DNA of 63,876 nucleotides, filler included, from Lama guanicoe (taxonomy: Eukaryota), in assembly GCA_013239625.1 (NCBI GenBank). It is 79 parts of 78 records of this genome, joined end to end, with 100 filler letters (N's around TTAATTAATTAA, not from the genome) between each part and the next. Parts side by side here need not be neighbours in the genome. Positions count along the whole stretch, not along the records: positions 12,190 to 12,712 come from MU055447.1; positions 12,813 to 13,510 come from PNXV01013785.1; positions 13,611 to 14,609 come from PNXV01013792.1; positions 14,710 to 15,850 come from MU055451.1; positions 15,951 to 16,878 come from PNXV01013829.1; positions 16,979 to 17,844 come from MU055453.1; positions 17,945 to 18,409 come from PNXV01013837.1; positions 18,510 to 18,975 come from PNXV01013871.1; 71 more parts are not named here. One strand, given 5' to 3'. A program made the position numbers and the translations under genes. The notes beneath the pieces are model-generated. The model had not been told where the DNA came from, searched no databases, and was given only the letters and a program-made list of their open reading frames with translations. This document shows positions 12,190 to 23,974 of this stretch, piece after piece; within the stretch, counting starts at the first letter, position 1, and each line of letters begins with the position of its first letter.

Positions 12190-12712
12190 GAATTTTGAAC
12201 ATGGAATGCCGAACACAGAATTTAGAATATAGACTACAAAATACTGAATATATAATTTAGAACATAGAATGCGGAACACAGCAATTACAATATAGAATAC
12301 AGAATACTGAATATATAATATAGAACATGGAAAGCAGAACACAGAATATAGAATATAGAATACAGAATACTGAATATAGATTTTAAAACATGGAATGCAG
12401 AACCNNNNNNNNNNNNNNNNNNNNNNNNNNNNNNNNNNNNNNNNNNNNNNNNNNNNNNNNNNNNNNNNNNNNATACTGAATATAGAATTTCGAATATACA
12501 ATGTAGAACACAGAATATAGAATATATAATAGAGAATATAGAACCCAGAATTTAGAACATGGAATGCAGAACACAGAGTTTAGAATATAGAATACAGAAT
12601 ACTGAATATAAAATTTTGAATATAGAATGTAGAACACAGAATAGGAAATGTAAAATACGGAAATCAGGATATAGAATACAGAATATAGAATATAGAACAC
12701 AGAATATAGAAT
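12190..12712 (-). repeat. Satellite A
   Basis: Heptamer array; tactgaa at 12474 and 12600 (126-bp higher-order period). Confidence 0.95.
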
Positions 12713-13610
12713 NNNNNNNNNNNNNNNNNNNNNNNNNNNNNNNNNNNNNNNNNNNNTTAATTAATTAANNNNNNNNNNNNNNNNNNNNNNNNNNNNNNNN
12801 NNNNNNNNNNNNGAGAAATGACCTCTTCGTTTCCCTTGACTTTCCCAGTAAGTATGGGGAGTAGAAGTGAAACCCCCCTGCTTCACAGTTGAAGGTGCTG
12901 TTTTGTGCAAAATTTACCAAAGTTTGGAGACCAGTCATCAGTGTTGCTGGCAAATGAAGAGGCTTCTGTATTGGGTGGGGCACTTGCTGTGACTTGCAGG
13001 TGACCTGCTGGCTGGGGGCTGTGAGGCGGACAGTAGGTTTGCAGGGTGGCCCGGGCATAATCCCTGGCTCTGAGGCTGCCGTTCTGATTAGCATACCTGG
13101 GCACACGCAGTCCTAACGGGGAACCTCGGGATGTGGCCTGGGACACCTGCCGTGCTGAGGGCGAGAAGAGGGCTCCCCTGAGGGGGTGTCCCTGCGGAGA
13201 GTGGAAAGGTCCTCCTGCAGAGGAGGAAGAGCCTCTGAGCAGGTGGTCGGATGCACAGGGAAGACCAATTTAGCACTGAGGTTTCCGGGAGCCGGAAGAC
13301 ATACAGTGGCCGAAACCACCTTGTTCCTGCGACACTGGAGGTAAAAGATGCCGAAAAGGCAGGCTAAGGTTAGACACTGTGGTGGGTTATGAGTGACAGG
13401 AAAGGACTGTTCAGGTAGGCACGAGAGAACACTGTGGGCCTCACAACTGGGGCGTCACGCTGAAGGGAAGAACAGAGTTATAGACTTTGCCACTTATTAG
13501 CTGTGTGACTNNNNNNNNNNNNNNNNNNNNNNNNNNNNNNNNNNNNNNNNNNNNTTAATTAATTAANNNNNNNNNNNNNNNNNNNNNNNNNNNNNNNNNN
13601 NNNNNNNNNN

Positions 13611-14609
13611 CTTAATTCTATATTCTGCATTCTGTATTCTATATTCTAAGCTCTGTGTTTTATATTCTATATTCTAAATTCTGTGTTCTGCTTTCCATGT
13701 TCTAAATTATGGGTTCTATATTCTCTATTCTATATTCTATGTTATATGTTCTTCATTCTATATAATTAATTCTATATTCAGTGTTCTGTATTCTATATTC
13801 TAAATTCTGTGTTCTGCATTCTATTTCTAATTTCTATGTTTCGAATTCTGTATTCTTTATTAAATTGTGTGCTCTGCATTCCATGTTCTAAATTCTGGGT
13901 TCTCTATTCTCTCTTCTATATTCTATATTCTATATTCTATATTCTATATTCTATATTCTATATTCTATATTCTATATTCTATATTCTATATTCTATATTC
14001 TATATTCTATATTCTATATTCTATATTCTATATTCTATATTCTATATTCTATATTCTATATTCTATATTCTATATTCTATATTCTATATTCTATATTCTA
14101 TATTCTGTATTCTATATTCTAAACTGTGTATTAGTATTCTCTATTCTATAGTCTAAATTCTGAGTTCTGCATTGCATGTTGTAAATTCTTGCTTCTATAT
14201 TCTGTATTCTATATTCAATATTCTGTTTTCTTCATTCTATATTCTAAATCTATATTCTGCATTCTGTATTCAATATTCTACATTCTGTTTTCTTCATTCT
14301 ATATTCTAAATCTATATTCTGCATTCGATAATCTATATTCTAAATTCTGTATTCTACATAATTCTATATTCTAAATTCGGTATTCTACATTCTATATTCT
14401 AAAAATTATATTCAGTATTCTGAATTGTATATTCTAAATTTAGGGTTCTGCATTCCATGTTATAAATTCTGTGTTCTATATTCTATATTCTATATTCTAT
14501 ATTCTGTGTTCTGTAATCTATATTCTAAATTCTATATTCTGCATTCTATAATCTATATTTTAAATTCTGTATTCTACATTCAATATTCAATAAGTATATT
14601 CAGTATTCT
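13611..14609 (+). repeat. Satellite A containing a pure (TTCTATA)27 run at 13914-14102
   Basis: Variant heptamers flank 189 bp of perfect TTCTATA. Confidence 0.95.
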
Positions 14610-15950
14610 NNNNNNNNNNNNNNNNNNNNNNNNNNNNNNNNNNNNNNNNNNNNTTAATTAATTAANNNNNNNNNNNNNNNNNNNNNNNNNNNNNNNNNNN
14701 NNNNNNNNNACCCCGGACACTCTCCAGTGTCCTCCCCAGCAGGGGCTCCCTCCACCCTAAACCACACTGGGCACTCTCCCCGGGTCCCCACAACAAAAGC
14801 CTGCAGGCCTCTGCCTGGGCTACACCTGTGATCTGAGCCACATTCTTGACTCCTTCTCCTGGCTGACTCTTACTCTGTCCTCACAAATGAATGTAGAGCC
14901 CATTTCTTTCAGGAAGTCCTCTCTGATAATGTCCTTTAGNNNNNNNNNNNNNNNNNNNNNNNNNNNNNNNNNNNNNNNNNNNNNNNNNNNNNNNNNNNNN
15001 NNNNNNNNNNNNNNNNNNNNNNNNNNNNNNNNNNNNNNNNNNNNNNNNNNNNNNNNNNNNNNNNNNNNNNNNNNNNNNNNNNNNNNNNNNNNNNNNNNNN
15101 NNNNNNNNNNNNNNNNNNNNNNNNNNNNNNNNNNNNNNNNNNNNNNNNNNNNNNNNNNNNNNNNNNNNNNNNNNNNNNNNNNNNNNNNTGGACAGCAAAC
15201 TTGGTGTTCTAGTCCAAAGCCCAGATTACATGCAAATAAATGTATGTATTCATATCCAAAGGAAACCAGAGATGCTCAACAACAGTTTGCAGTTAGAATT
15301 GAAAGGAACTTTGATAAAGGCAATCTCTCCCTTTCTCTCTCTTCTTCCTTTTCTGGCATCATATAATTTTAGAAGTATTTGCGTGACTAAGAGGTGGCTA
15401 CAGCCCGTGATTCTGCGCTGGAGTGTTTGGGGCTAAGGAAGCCCAGATCATATTCACTATGTAAACGCAATCACACCAACACACTGACAGGAGCCCTGGT
15501 GGTGGAGCTAATGTTCCAAAGCGGGCAACCACATGTTGTAAGAGAACTCTAAATAGAAAGTAAGAAATGCAATGTTCTGTACTCAATAACATTTGTTATA
15601 TGGGCCATTAACTGATTGTATATCTTGACTAATGAAACCCAAAAATAAATTGTCAACGTCGATTTTCTTCATCTGACCATTTTCTGCTAACTTTGGATAT
15701 TAAACCCTGACTCCATAAGTAAAGCTCAGCCTTATGCTGCAGCACAGCTACATCCCGTGGAAGAAAGCAGATCAACGGAGAAATGCAGAGTTTCCCTTCA
15801 TAAGCTGCTAAGTCTGGTTTTGCACCTGTACATCATTTGCAACCACGTCANNNNNNNNNNNNNNNNNNNNNNNNNNNNNNNNNNNNNNNNNNNNTTAATT
15901 AATTAANNNNNNNNNNNNNNNNNNNNNNNNNNNNNNNNNNNNNNNNNNNN

Positions 15951-16878
15951 CGCGCTGCCGATCGTTGGTGGAACCTCCCCATGCTCAGGATTCCGGAAAA
16001 ATTGTCATTGGGTGGGGGAGCTCGAGAGACATCTCCACGCAGCTCTCTTCAGTCACAGGTGTTCCCTGCTCGGGGAAGTCCGAGAAATACCTTCCCTGAT
16101 ATTGGGGAGGCAGCCTCTGTCACTGGGATTTCCTGCAACACCCCCTAGCATTCCCTGGCACAGAGACATGAGGAAAACCCTCAGGGGAGACGAGCACAGG
16201 CATTCCCTTAGAACCCACGCGCTGCCGACCGTTGGTGGAACCTCCCCACCCTCAGGATTCCGGAACCATTGTCATTGAGTGGGGGATTTCGAGAGAAAAC
16301 TCGACGCAGCTCTCTTCAATCACAGGTGTTCCCTGCACGGGGAAGTGCGAGAAACACCTTCCCTGATTTTGGGGAGGCAGCCTCTGTTACTGGGATTTCC
16401 TGCAACCCCCCCAGCATTCCCTGGCACAGAGACATGAGGAAATCCCTCAGGGGAGACGAGCACAGGCATTCCGTTAGAACCCACGCGCTGCCGACTGTTG
16501 GTGGAACCTCCCCACCCTCAGGATTCCGGAACCATTGTCATTGAGTGGGGGATTTCGAGAGAAAACTCGACGCAGCTCTCTTCAATCACAGGTGTTCCCT
16601 GCTCAGGGAAGTCCGAGAAATATCTTCCCTGACCTTGGGGACGCAGCCTCTGTCACTGGGAATTCCTGCACCCCCCCCAGCATTCCCTGGCACAGAGACA
16701 TGAGGAAATCCCTCAGGGGAGACGAGCACAGGCATTCCCTTAGAACCCACACGCTGCCGACGGATGGTGAAACCTCCCCACGCTCAGGATTCTGGAAACA
16801 TTGTAATTGAGTGGGGGAGCTCGAGAGAAAACTCCACAAAACTCTCTTCAGTCATAGGTGTTCCCTGCCTTGGGAAGT
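15951..16878 (+). repeat. Satellite B, GC/CpG-rich 266-267-bp monomer (about 3.5 copies)
   Basis: cgcgctgccg anchor at 15951, 16218, 16484 and 16750 (periods 267, 266, 266); near-identical ORFs repeat in the track. Confidence 0.97.
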
Positions 16879-16978
16879 NNNNNNNNNNNNNNNNNNNNNN
16901 NNNNNNNNNNNNNNNNNNNNNNTTAATTAATTAANNNNNNNNNNNNNNNNNNNNNNNNNNNNNNNNNNNNNNNNNNNN

Positions 16979-17197
16979 GTCCGCAGACCCCGCCCGCGCG
17001 GGACACAGCCCGCCCAGGTGTGGGGACGGGTCGGCGGCCGAGGAGAGTTAGCCCGGGAGGAGAGTTCTCGCAGGCGGGAGAGGGGAAGGGGACGCCAGCC
17101 GCGGACTGAGGGGAGCCCGGCTGGGGCGAGAGGCGGCAGGTGCACACCTGGCCCTGGACAGGTGTGACCGAGGCGCTGGGGCAGAGGGGCCTGGCCC
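16979..17197. promoter_or_regulatory. CpG-island-like fragment with GC boxes
   Basis: Very GC-rich with many CpGs and two CCGCCC boxes near 16990 and 17010; the associated gene cannot be identified. Confidence 0.5.
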
Positions 17198-17944
17198 NNN
17201 NNNNNNNNNNNNNNNNNNNNNNNNNNNNNNNNNNNNNNNNNNNNNNNNNNNNNNNNNNNNNNNNNNNNNNNNNNNNNNNNNNNNNNNNNNNNNNNNNNNN
17301 NNNNNNNNNNNNNNNNNNNNNNNNNNNNNNNNNNNNNNNNNNNNNNNNNNNNNNNNNNNNNNNNNNNNNNNNNNNNNNNNNNNNNNNNNNNNNNNNNNNN
17401 NNNNNNNNNNNNNNNNNNNNNNNNNNNNNNNNNNNNNNNNNNNNNNNNNNNNNNNNNNNNNNNNNNNNNNNNNNNNNNNNNNNNNNNNNNNNNNNNNNNN
17501 NNNNNNNNNNNNNNNNNNNNNNNNNNNNNNNNNNNNNNNNNNNNNNNNNNNNNNNNNNNNNNNNNNNNNNNNNNNNNNNNAGATGGAGAGAATAAGCTTT
17601 ACTTCTGGCGGGACCCCGAAACAGGCGGCAGTCCTGCCTCTGCACCCTTCTCTAACACTTCAAGGCCCGCAGCTCAAATTTTATCTCCCTGGTCCAGCCC
17701 TTCAGTCGAGGCCTCTGCAGAACCCCTATGGGATCACGTCCGTTGCCGCCACGCGGAGATGTGTTTCCTGTTGCTCTGGGAACCAAGCACCCAATGGTGT
17801 TGTCGCTCATAACTACCTTGGGAAGAGTACATATTCCCCTTTTANNNNNNNNNNNNNNNNNNNNNNNNNNNNNNNNNNNNNNNNNNNNTTAATTAATTAA
17901 NNNNNNNNNNNNNNNNNNNNNNNNNNNNNNNNNNNNNNNNNNNN

Positions 17945-18409
17945 GTGGAGTTGTCTCTCGAGCTCCCCACGCGCTGACAATGGTTCCGAAATCATGAGAG
18001 TGGGGAGGTTCCACCAACGGTCGGCAGCGCGTGTGTTCTTACGGAATGCCTAAGCTCGACTCCCCTGGGTTTTTTCCTAATGTCTCAGTGCCAGAGAATG
18101 CTAGGGGGGTTTGCAGGCAAACCCAGAGACCGAGGCTGCCTCCCCAAGGTCAGGGAAGTTATTTCTCAGAATTCCCCCTAACAGGGAACACCTGTGACTC
18201 AAGAGAGCTGCGTGAAGTTGTCTCTAGAAATCCCCCACGCACTGATATTGGTTCCGGAATCCTGAGCGTGGGGAGTTTCCACCAACCGTCGGCAGCGCGT
18301 GGGTTCTAAAGGAATGCCTAAGCTCGTCTCCCCTGGGTTTTTTCCTAAAATGCTAGGGGGGTTTACTGGCAATCCCAGTGACAGAGGCTGCCTCCCCAAG
18401 GTCAGGGAA
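17945..18409 (-). repeat. Satellite B
   Basis: Reverse complement of the 15951-16878 monomer (ggggaggttccaccaacggtcggcagcgcg). Confidence 0.95.
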
Positions 18410-20118
18410 NNNNNNNNNNNNNNNNNNNNNNNNNNNNNNNNNNNNNNNNNNNNTTAATTAATTAANNNNNNNNNNNNNNNNNNNNNNNNNNNNNNNNNNN
18501 NNNNNNNNNGGCTCTGTTTATGTAACATACATCAGTTGTACAAATACAGTGTTGTTTTGTTTTTTTTTTTTGTGTGGTTGTATGTTACAGCAGACTTGAA
18601 AGAAAACCAAAAGCGAAACGTGTGTAGACAGCCCACGAGAAGGTATAATGACCTTCTCCTCGTACTTCGGGGATGTCTGCAGGACCAGATGGGAAACTGT
18701 GTTCAGGAGCCAGTCTTTGGACTCTGGCTCTCCCCCAGTCTCCTTCAGCTTAGTGTTTGTGTGTGTCCAGTGGACAACTCGAATTTCTGGGTCTTGTGTT
18801 CCTTCTTATTTCCCACGGCGCTTTCAGGGAGATGCCCTGGAACGTGTCTCAGCTGGAGACTGGGCCTCTTGTCCTGAGTGTGACTGTTGTCCCCCCGCTA
18901 CTGCTTCCTCCCAGTCCCCCCACCCAACACCTTCGGGAGGGCGGTCCCGGTCCCCACTCCCCTGCGATGGTGCCTNNNNNNNNNNNNNNNNNNNNNNNNN
19001 NNNNNNNNNNNNNNNNNNNTTAATTAATTAANNNNNNNNNNNNNNNNNNNNNNNNNNNNNNNNNNNNNNNNNNNNGCGAGTAAAACCTGCTCTCGCGCAT
19101 TACTTATTTCCAGTGTTCAGATTTGCCGTGGGCCTTCCAACTCCCTCTCCTTTTCTTAGGTCTGTTTAGTAAGACGTTTAACCTCTAATGCTCAGTGTCC
19201 AAACCAAGCATGTGAGAGCCCAGAATGTGAGCTGACAAGGGGGCGTCTTCTCTCAGGCTGGGCGTCGGACGCACGGCTCTCTAGGTGAGGATGGTGACCA
19301 CGTTCTCAAGGATTATTAGAACTATTAAACTATTCTAAGCATTAACATCTGCATTTTAATAGTTGTGCCTATCAATTATGAAATGACAATGATTCAGTGT
19401 CTCAGCTACTTCCCCTACAACCAGCAGGAAAACAGATGTCTCCTCTCGCTGCTGTGCCCCGCGTTCTGCTCCCAGAAAGTACGGTCCCAAGAGCTGTAGA
19501 CAGGAGTTGAGCTGCAGAGATGGAGAGAGGACACTCTGCGTGGGCAGGACGTGAGCGGAGAGACAGATCAGTGATGCAGGNNNNNNNNNNNNNNNNNNNN
19601 NNNNNNNNNNNNNNNNNNNNNNNNTTAATTAATTAANNNNNNNNNNNNNNNNNNNNNNNNNNNNNNNNNNNNNNNNNNNNTCGTGTATCTGTGTGCAGGG
19701 AGAGGTGGTCTGGAAGGGACCATTACTAGAAAACCTCCTCTGGGGATTAGAAGGCAGGGCGGGGTGGGGCAGAGACATACAGTCACTTTGCAGAAAGTTA
19801 CAGCAAACAAGACTGACTACTTCTGCTGCAAAACCGCTGAGGTTTTTGGTAAACTGAGCCTCTGGGAACGTCCTGCATTGTACTGTGCTGAGGTACAAAA
19901 CATCTGGATTCACTGAAACAAGCAGCGGACTGGGCTTTTACAAGGCAGTGGCTCCTACAAGTTCACCACCAGACTCCACTGCTAACTCCCGAGCACTTGC
20001 CCATCGGCAGGCCTGACTGCAATTTCCACCCAGAAAGAGTCTGGACAAGTGCTCTTTTTAGTAACAGTCCCAGGGCACTGCCCAAGCCTGATGTGGGTTC
20101 AGCTCCTGGATGTGGGGC

Positions 20119-20368
20119 TCAGGGCCCTGAGCTGCCTGTGAGATGCTGCTCTAGGGGCCTGTCTGCACAGGCTGCTTGCCGGGCCTGCCCAGGGCCCGCT
20201 GCTCCCCGCACTGGCCTCCCAGGGCGTCTCGCCCTCCTGCGCAGGGGGCAGGGCGGCCCTGGGTCCGGGAGCCACACCCCGGCGGCCTCATGGCTCCTGC
20301 TGCTGATGAGCATGTCGGTGTTGATGACGGCGGTCCCGTGGTTCAGGCCGAAGTCAACATGCAGCTCC
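20119..20368 (-). CDS. Candidate terminal coding exon of an unidentified gene (ELHVDFGLNHGTAVINTDMLISSRSH...)
   Basis: Minus-strand polypyrimidine acceptor cctgcccttcctctgctgcAG (AG at 20370-20369), strong G/C third-position bias in the first ~25 codons, and an open frame to the stop at 20119. Confidence 0.45.
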
Positions 20369-20501
20369 CTGCAGCAGAGGAAGGGCAGGCAGCGACCCCG
20401 ANNNNNNNNNNNNNNNNNNNNNNNNNNNNNNNNNNNNNNNNNNNNTTAATTAATTAANNNNNNNNNNNNNNNNNNNNNNNNNNNNNNNNNNNNNNNNNNN
20501 N

Positions 20502-21040
20502 ATATAATAAAGAATACCGAAATATTATGTGGCATATAGAATGTTTTACAGAGAATTTATAATATAGAATACAGTATATAGAATGTACAATACAGAAATT
20601 AGAACACAGAATATTGAATACAGATTACGGAATACAGAACCCAGAATTTAGAACATGGAATTCAGAACGCAGAATATAGAATATAGGATACAGAATACAT
20701 AATATACAATGTAGAATACAGAATGTAGAACACAGAATATAGAATATAGAATACAGAATGCCGAAACATGATTATACAAGTTGTAATTCAGAACACAAAA
20801 TTTAGAAAGAATATAGAGTGCAGAATACAGAATATAGAATATTGAATTTACATTGTTGAACACAGTATATGGAATATTGTATACAGAATACAGAATATAG
20901 AATGTAGAATACTGCTTGAAATACAGAGAATATGGAATTCAGAATACACACTACAGAACACAGAATTTAGAGCATGGAATTCAGAACACAAAGTTTAGAT
21001 TATAGAATATTGAATACTGAATATAGAATGTATAACACAG
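20502..21040 (-). repeat. Satellite A (more diverged)
   Basis: Heptamer array on the purine strand. Confidence 0.93.
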
Positions 21041-21506
21041 NNNNNNNNNNNNNNNNNNNNNNNNNNNNNNNNNNNNNNNNNNNNTTAATTAATTAANNNN
21101 NNNNNNNNNNNNNNNNNNNNNNNNNNNNNNNNNNNNNNNNCAGACTGACTTAAAGATTAGATTTACAGTGATCCTACCAACAAAAAGAACCACACAAGTC
21201 TCTTATTCAACTGAAGAATAAGGCAAGGAGGTAGACACTGGAAGGCCAAATGCTTCCTCCATTTGAGGTGAGCATCTGACATGCGTTTCTGACCGAGCTG
21301 CATGCATGACCTCTACCAGCCTCCCAAACCCTAATCCAAATGGTACCCGAGAAAGTCACTGAAGACATATGTGCTTTGAGCTTTATTGCCAACTCTCACA
21401 GTACAGGAGGGGAAGGAGGCAGACTCTCCTTTCAGGAATCCAAAGCCCTTATCCATTCCTTGTGCCCCGAATCAAGCTCACACTCAGTGACTCACACAGA
21501 CTCTAC

Positions 21507-21604
21507 CTGACTTCGGTTCGGAAAGACGCTTCATCCCATCTGGTGGTTTCATTTATCCGACTGAAAAGTCCTTCGCAGATCCGGGGTATTAAGCCAGAAT
21601 CGCC
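21507..21604 (-). CDS. KIF16B: Internal 98-bp exon of kinesin-3 motor KIF16B (just after the P-loop)
   Basis: cccactgcAG|GGCGATTCT...GAAGTCAG|GTagag encodes GDSGLIPRICEGLFSRINETTRWDEASFRTEV(S), recognised as KIF16B motor-domain sequence. Not in the ORF track. Confidence 0.9.
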
Positions 21605-21911
21605 CTGCAGTGGGAGGAACGTCTCAGCTGTCACTTGAAGTTAAAGCAATCCATGACTGCCTTTGGAATTTGCTGGAGTGGACTCAGATTCTAGGGGCCC
21701 GCAGGCCCACCCCAGGGCCCCAGGCACACCACCCACCCCGCCAGGACTGCTTCCTATTCTCAGAATGAGAGGACTGAGCTTTCTAGTTTCTACATGCTGG
21801 GACCACGGCTANNNNNNNNNNNNNNNNNNNNNNNNNNNNNNNNNNNNNNNNNNNNTTAATTAATTAANNNNNNNNNNNNNNNNNNNNNNNNNNNNNNNNN
21901 NNNNNNNNNNN

Positions 21912-22929
21912 AGCTTGATATGGACAGAGTACTCCCAAACTCACACCATAAGGCCAACATTAACCTGGTAACAAAATGAGACAAAGACACTACCTAAAAA
22001 GAAAAGTATAGGGGAAGATCATTTATAAACATAGATGTAATAGTCCTTAAGTAATTATTAGCAAACAGAATTCAACAGCATGTAAAAAAAGATCATACAC
22101 CATTATGACGTTAAGTACATCCCAGAAACACAAGGATGGTGCAACATATGCAAATCAATCAAACAATTGTGATAAAACATATCAACAAAAGAGAGGACAA
22201 AAAACCACTTGATAATCTCAGTAGATGCAGAAAAAATGTTTGATAACTTTTAACACCTATCTGCAAAAAATGTTCTTAACACAGTGGGTAATGAGGGACC
22301 ATATGTCAACATAAAAATAGCGATTAATGACAATTATATAGCCAGCAAAATACTCAATGGTGAAAAACTGCAACCGTTCTCACAAAAACCTGAGANNNNN
22401 NNNNNNNNNNNNNNNNNNNNNNNNNNNNNNNNNNNNNNNNNNNNNNNNNNNNNNNNNNNNNNNNNNNNNNNNNNNNNAAAACATTTCTTTTTAGGACTGA
22501 AACAAATGATCCTAATATTTACATAGGGTCATTAAATATCCATAGTTTCCAAAGCAATATTGAAGTAAAAGAAAGTGGTGGGAGGAATAACTCATCAGGT
22601 CTCCATACACTATTGCAGAGCTCCAATAATGAAAATGACATGATATTGATACAGAAACAGGCATATGGACAAATGGAACAAAATAGAGATCCTAGGAATA
22701 AATATACAGGATTTTGTTCAATTAATCTTTGACAGAGTAGCCAAGAATATGACAGAGAAAAGACCATTTCTTCACCAACTGGCATTGGGATAACTGGATA
22801 GAAGCATCAGAGCAATGGAGTTAGAACAATCCTTCACTCCAAACACAAGAATAAACTCAAAATGGCTCAAAGACTTTAATATAAGCAAGATCCAGTAAAT
22901 CTCCTAGAAGAAAACATAGACAAAACACT
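21912..22929 (+). mobile_element. LINE-1 ORF2 reverse-transcriptase and downstream region, degenerate
   Basis: ttagcaaacagaattcaacagcat, atctcagtagatgcagaaaaa..tttgataa (ISVDAEK.FD) and aaactcaaaatggctcaaagacttt. Confidence 0.92.
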
Positions 22930-23029
22930 NNNNNNNNNNNNNNNNNNNNNNNNNNNNNNNNNNNNNNNNNNNNTTAATTAATTAANNNNNNNNNNNNNNN
23001 NNNNNNNNNNNNNNNNNNNNNNNNNNNNN

Positions 23030-23874
23030 AGTTGCAAACCCCACTCCATACATTCATAAGGGGAGGTACAAGCTTCAACTCGTATTTACAGTGAAAATCG
23101 CAAGAAATTCAAACCGGCACAAGGAAACAGACTGCGAATCCAGAGGAAGGGTTTCTCCTGCAACCAATTCCTTTGTGCTGGATGAAAGAACGTCTCTCCA
23201 CATGCTCAGTTCTGAGAGGTAAGTTTGTGTGAAAGCCTCCCTTCACTTAGTTTGAAGGGAACACAATGTTTCATTTCAGTTGCAAATTACATTCCACACA
23301 TATATATGGGGAGGTACAATCTCCAACTCGGTTTTACAGTGAAAACGGCAGGCACTTCAAACCGGCACTAGGAAACAGACTGAGACACCAGAGTAATTTT
23401 ATCCCCTGCAACCCATTCCCTTTGTCTTGAATGAACAAATGTCTCTCCACATGCTCAGTTCTGAGAGGTAAGTTTGTGTGAAAGCCTCCCTTCACTTAGT
23501 TTGAAGGGAACACAAAGTTTCATTTCAGTTGCAAATTACATTCCACACATATATATGGGGAGGTACAATCTCCAACTCGGTTTTACAGCGAAAACCGCAA
23601 GAACTTCAAACCGGCACTAGGAAACAGACTGAGAAACGAGAATAACTGTTTCTCCTGAAACCCGGTCCCTTTGTGCTGGATGAACGAACGTCTCTCAACA
23701 TGATCAGTTCTGAAATATAAGTTTGTGTGAAAGCCGTCCTTCACCTACATTGAAGAAAACACAAAGTTTCTGTTCAGTGGCAAACTCCACTCCATACATA
23801 TTTATGGTGAGGTATAAGCTCCAAATCTGTTTTACAGTGAAAACCGCAGGAACTTCAAACCGGCACTAGGAAAC
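23030..23874 (+). repeat. Satellite C
   Basis: catgctcagttctgagaggtaagtttgtgtgaaagcc repeats at ~249-bp spacing. Confidence 0.95.
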
Positions 23875-23974
23875 NNNNNNNNNNNNNNNNNNNNNNNNNN
23901 NNNNNNNNNNNNNNNNNNTTAATTAATTAANNNNNNNNNNNNNNNNNNNNNNNNNNNNNNNNNNNNNNNNNNNN

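Noticed and set aside
13809..14156. Long hydrophobic ILYSIFY-repeat ORFs (also 10250, 31367, 47467, 50330, 53548)
   Set aside because: Translations of heptamer satellite A, whose pyrimidine strand is stop-poor; no evidence of coding.
16287..16303. Possible CENP-B box in satellite B (TTCGagagAaa...) and TTCGTT in satellite C
   Set aside because: The essential CGGG half is absent, so the match is only partial.
16012..16810. Tandem near-identical ~90-aa ORFs (also 39630-40129) resembling a gene array
   Set aside because: They track the 266-bp and 248-bp satellite periods and are broken by indels and stops in other monomers.
18591..18642. Possible micro-exon after a T-rich acceptor
   Set aside because: Weak donor and no recognisable peptide in any frame.
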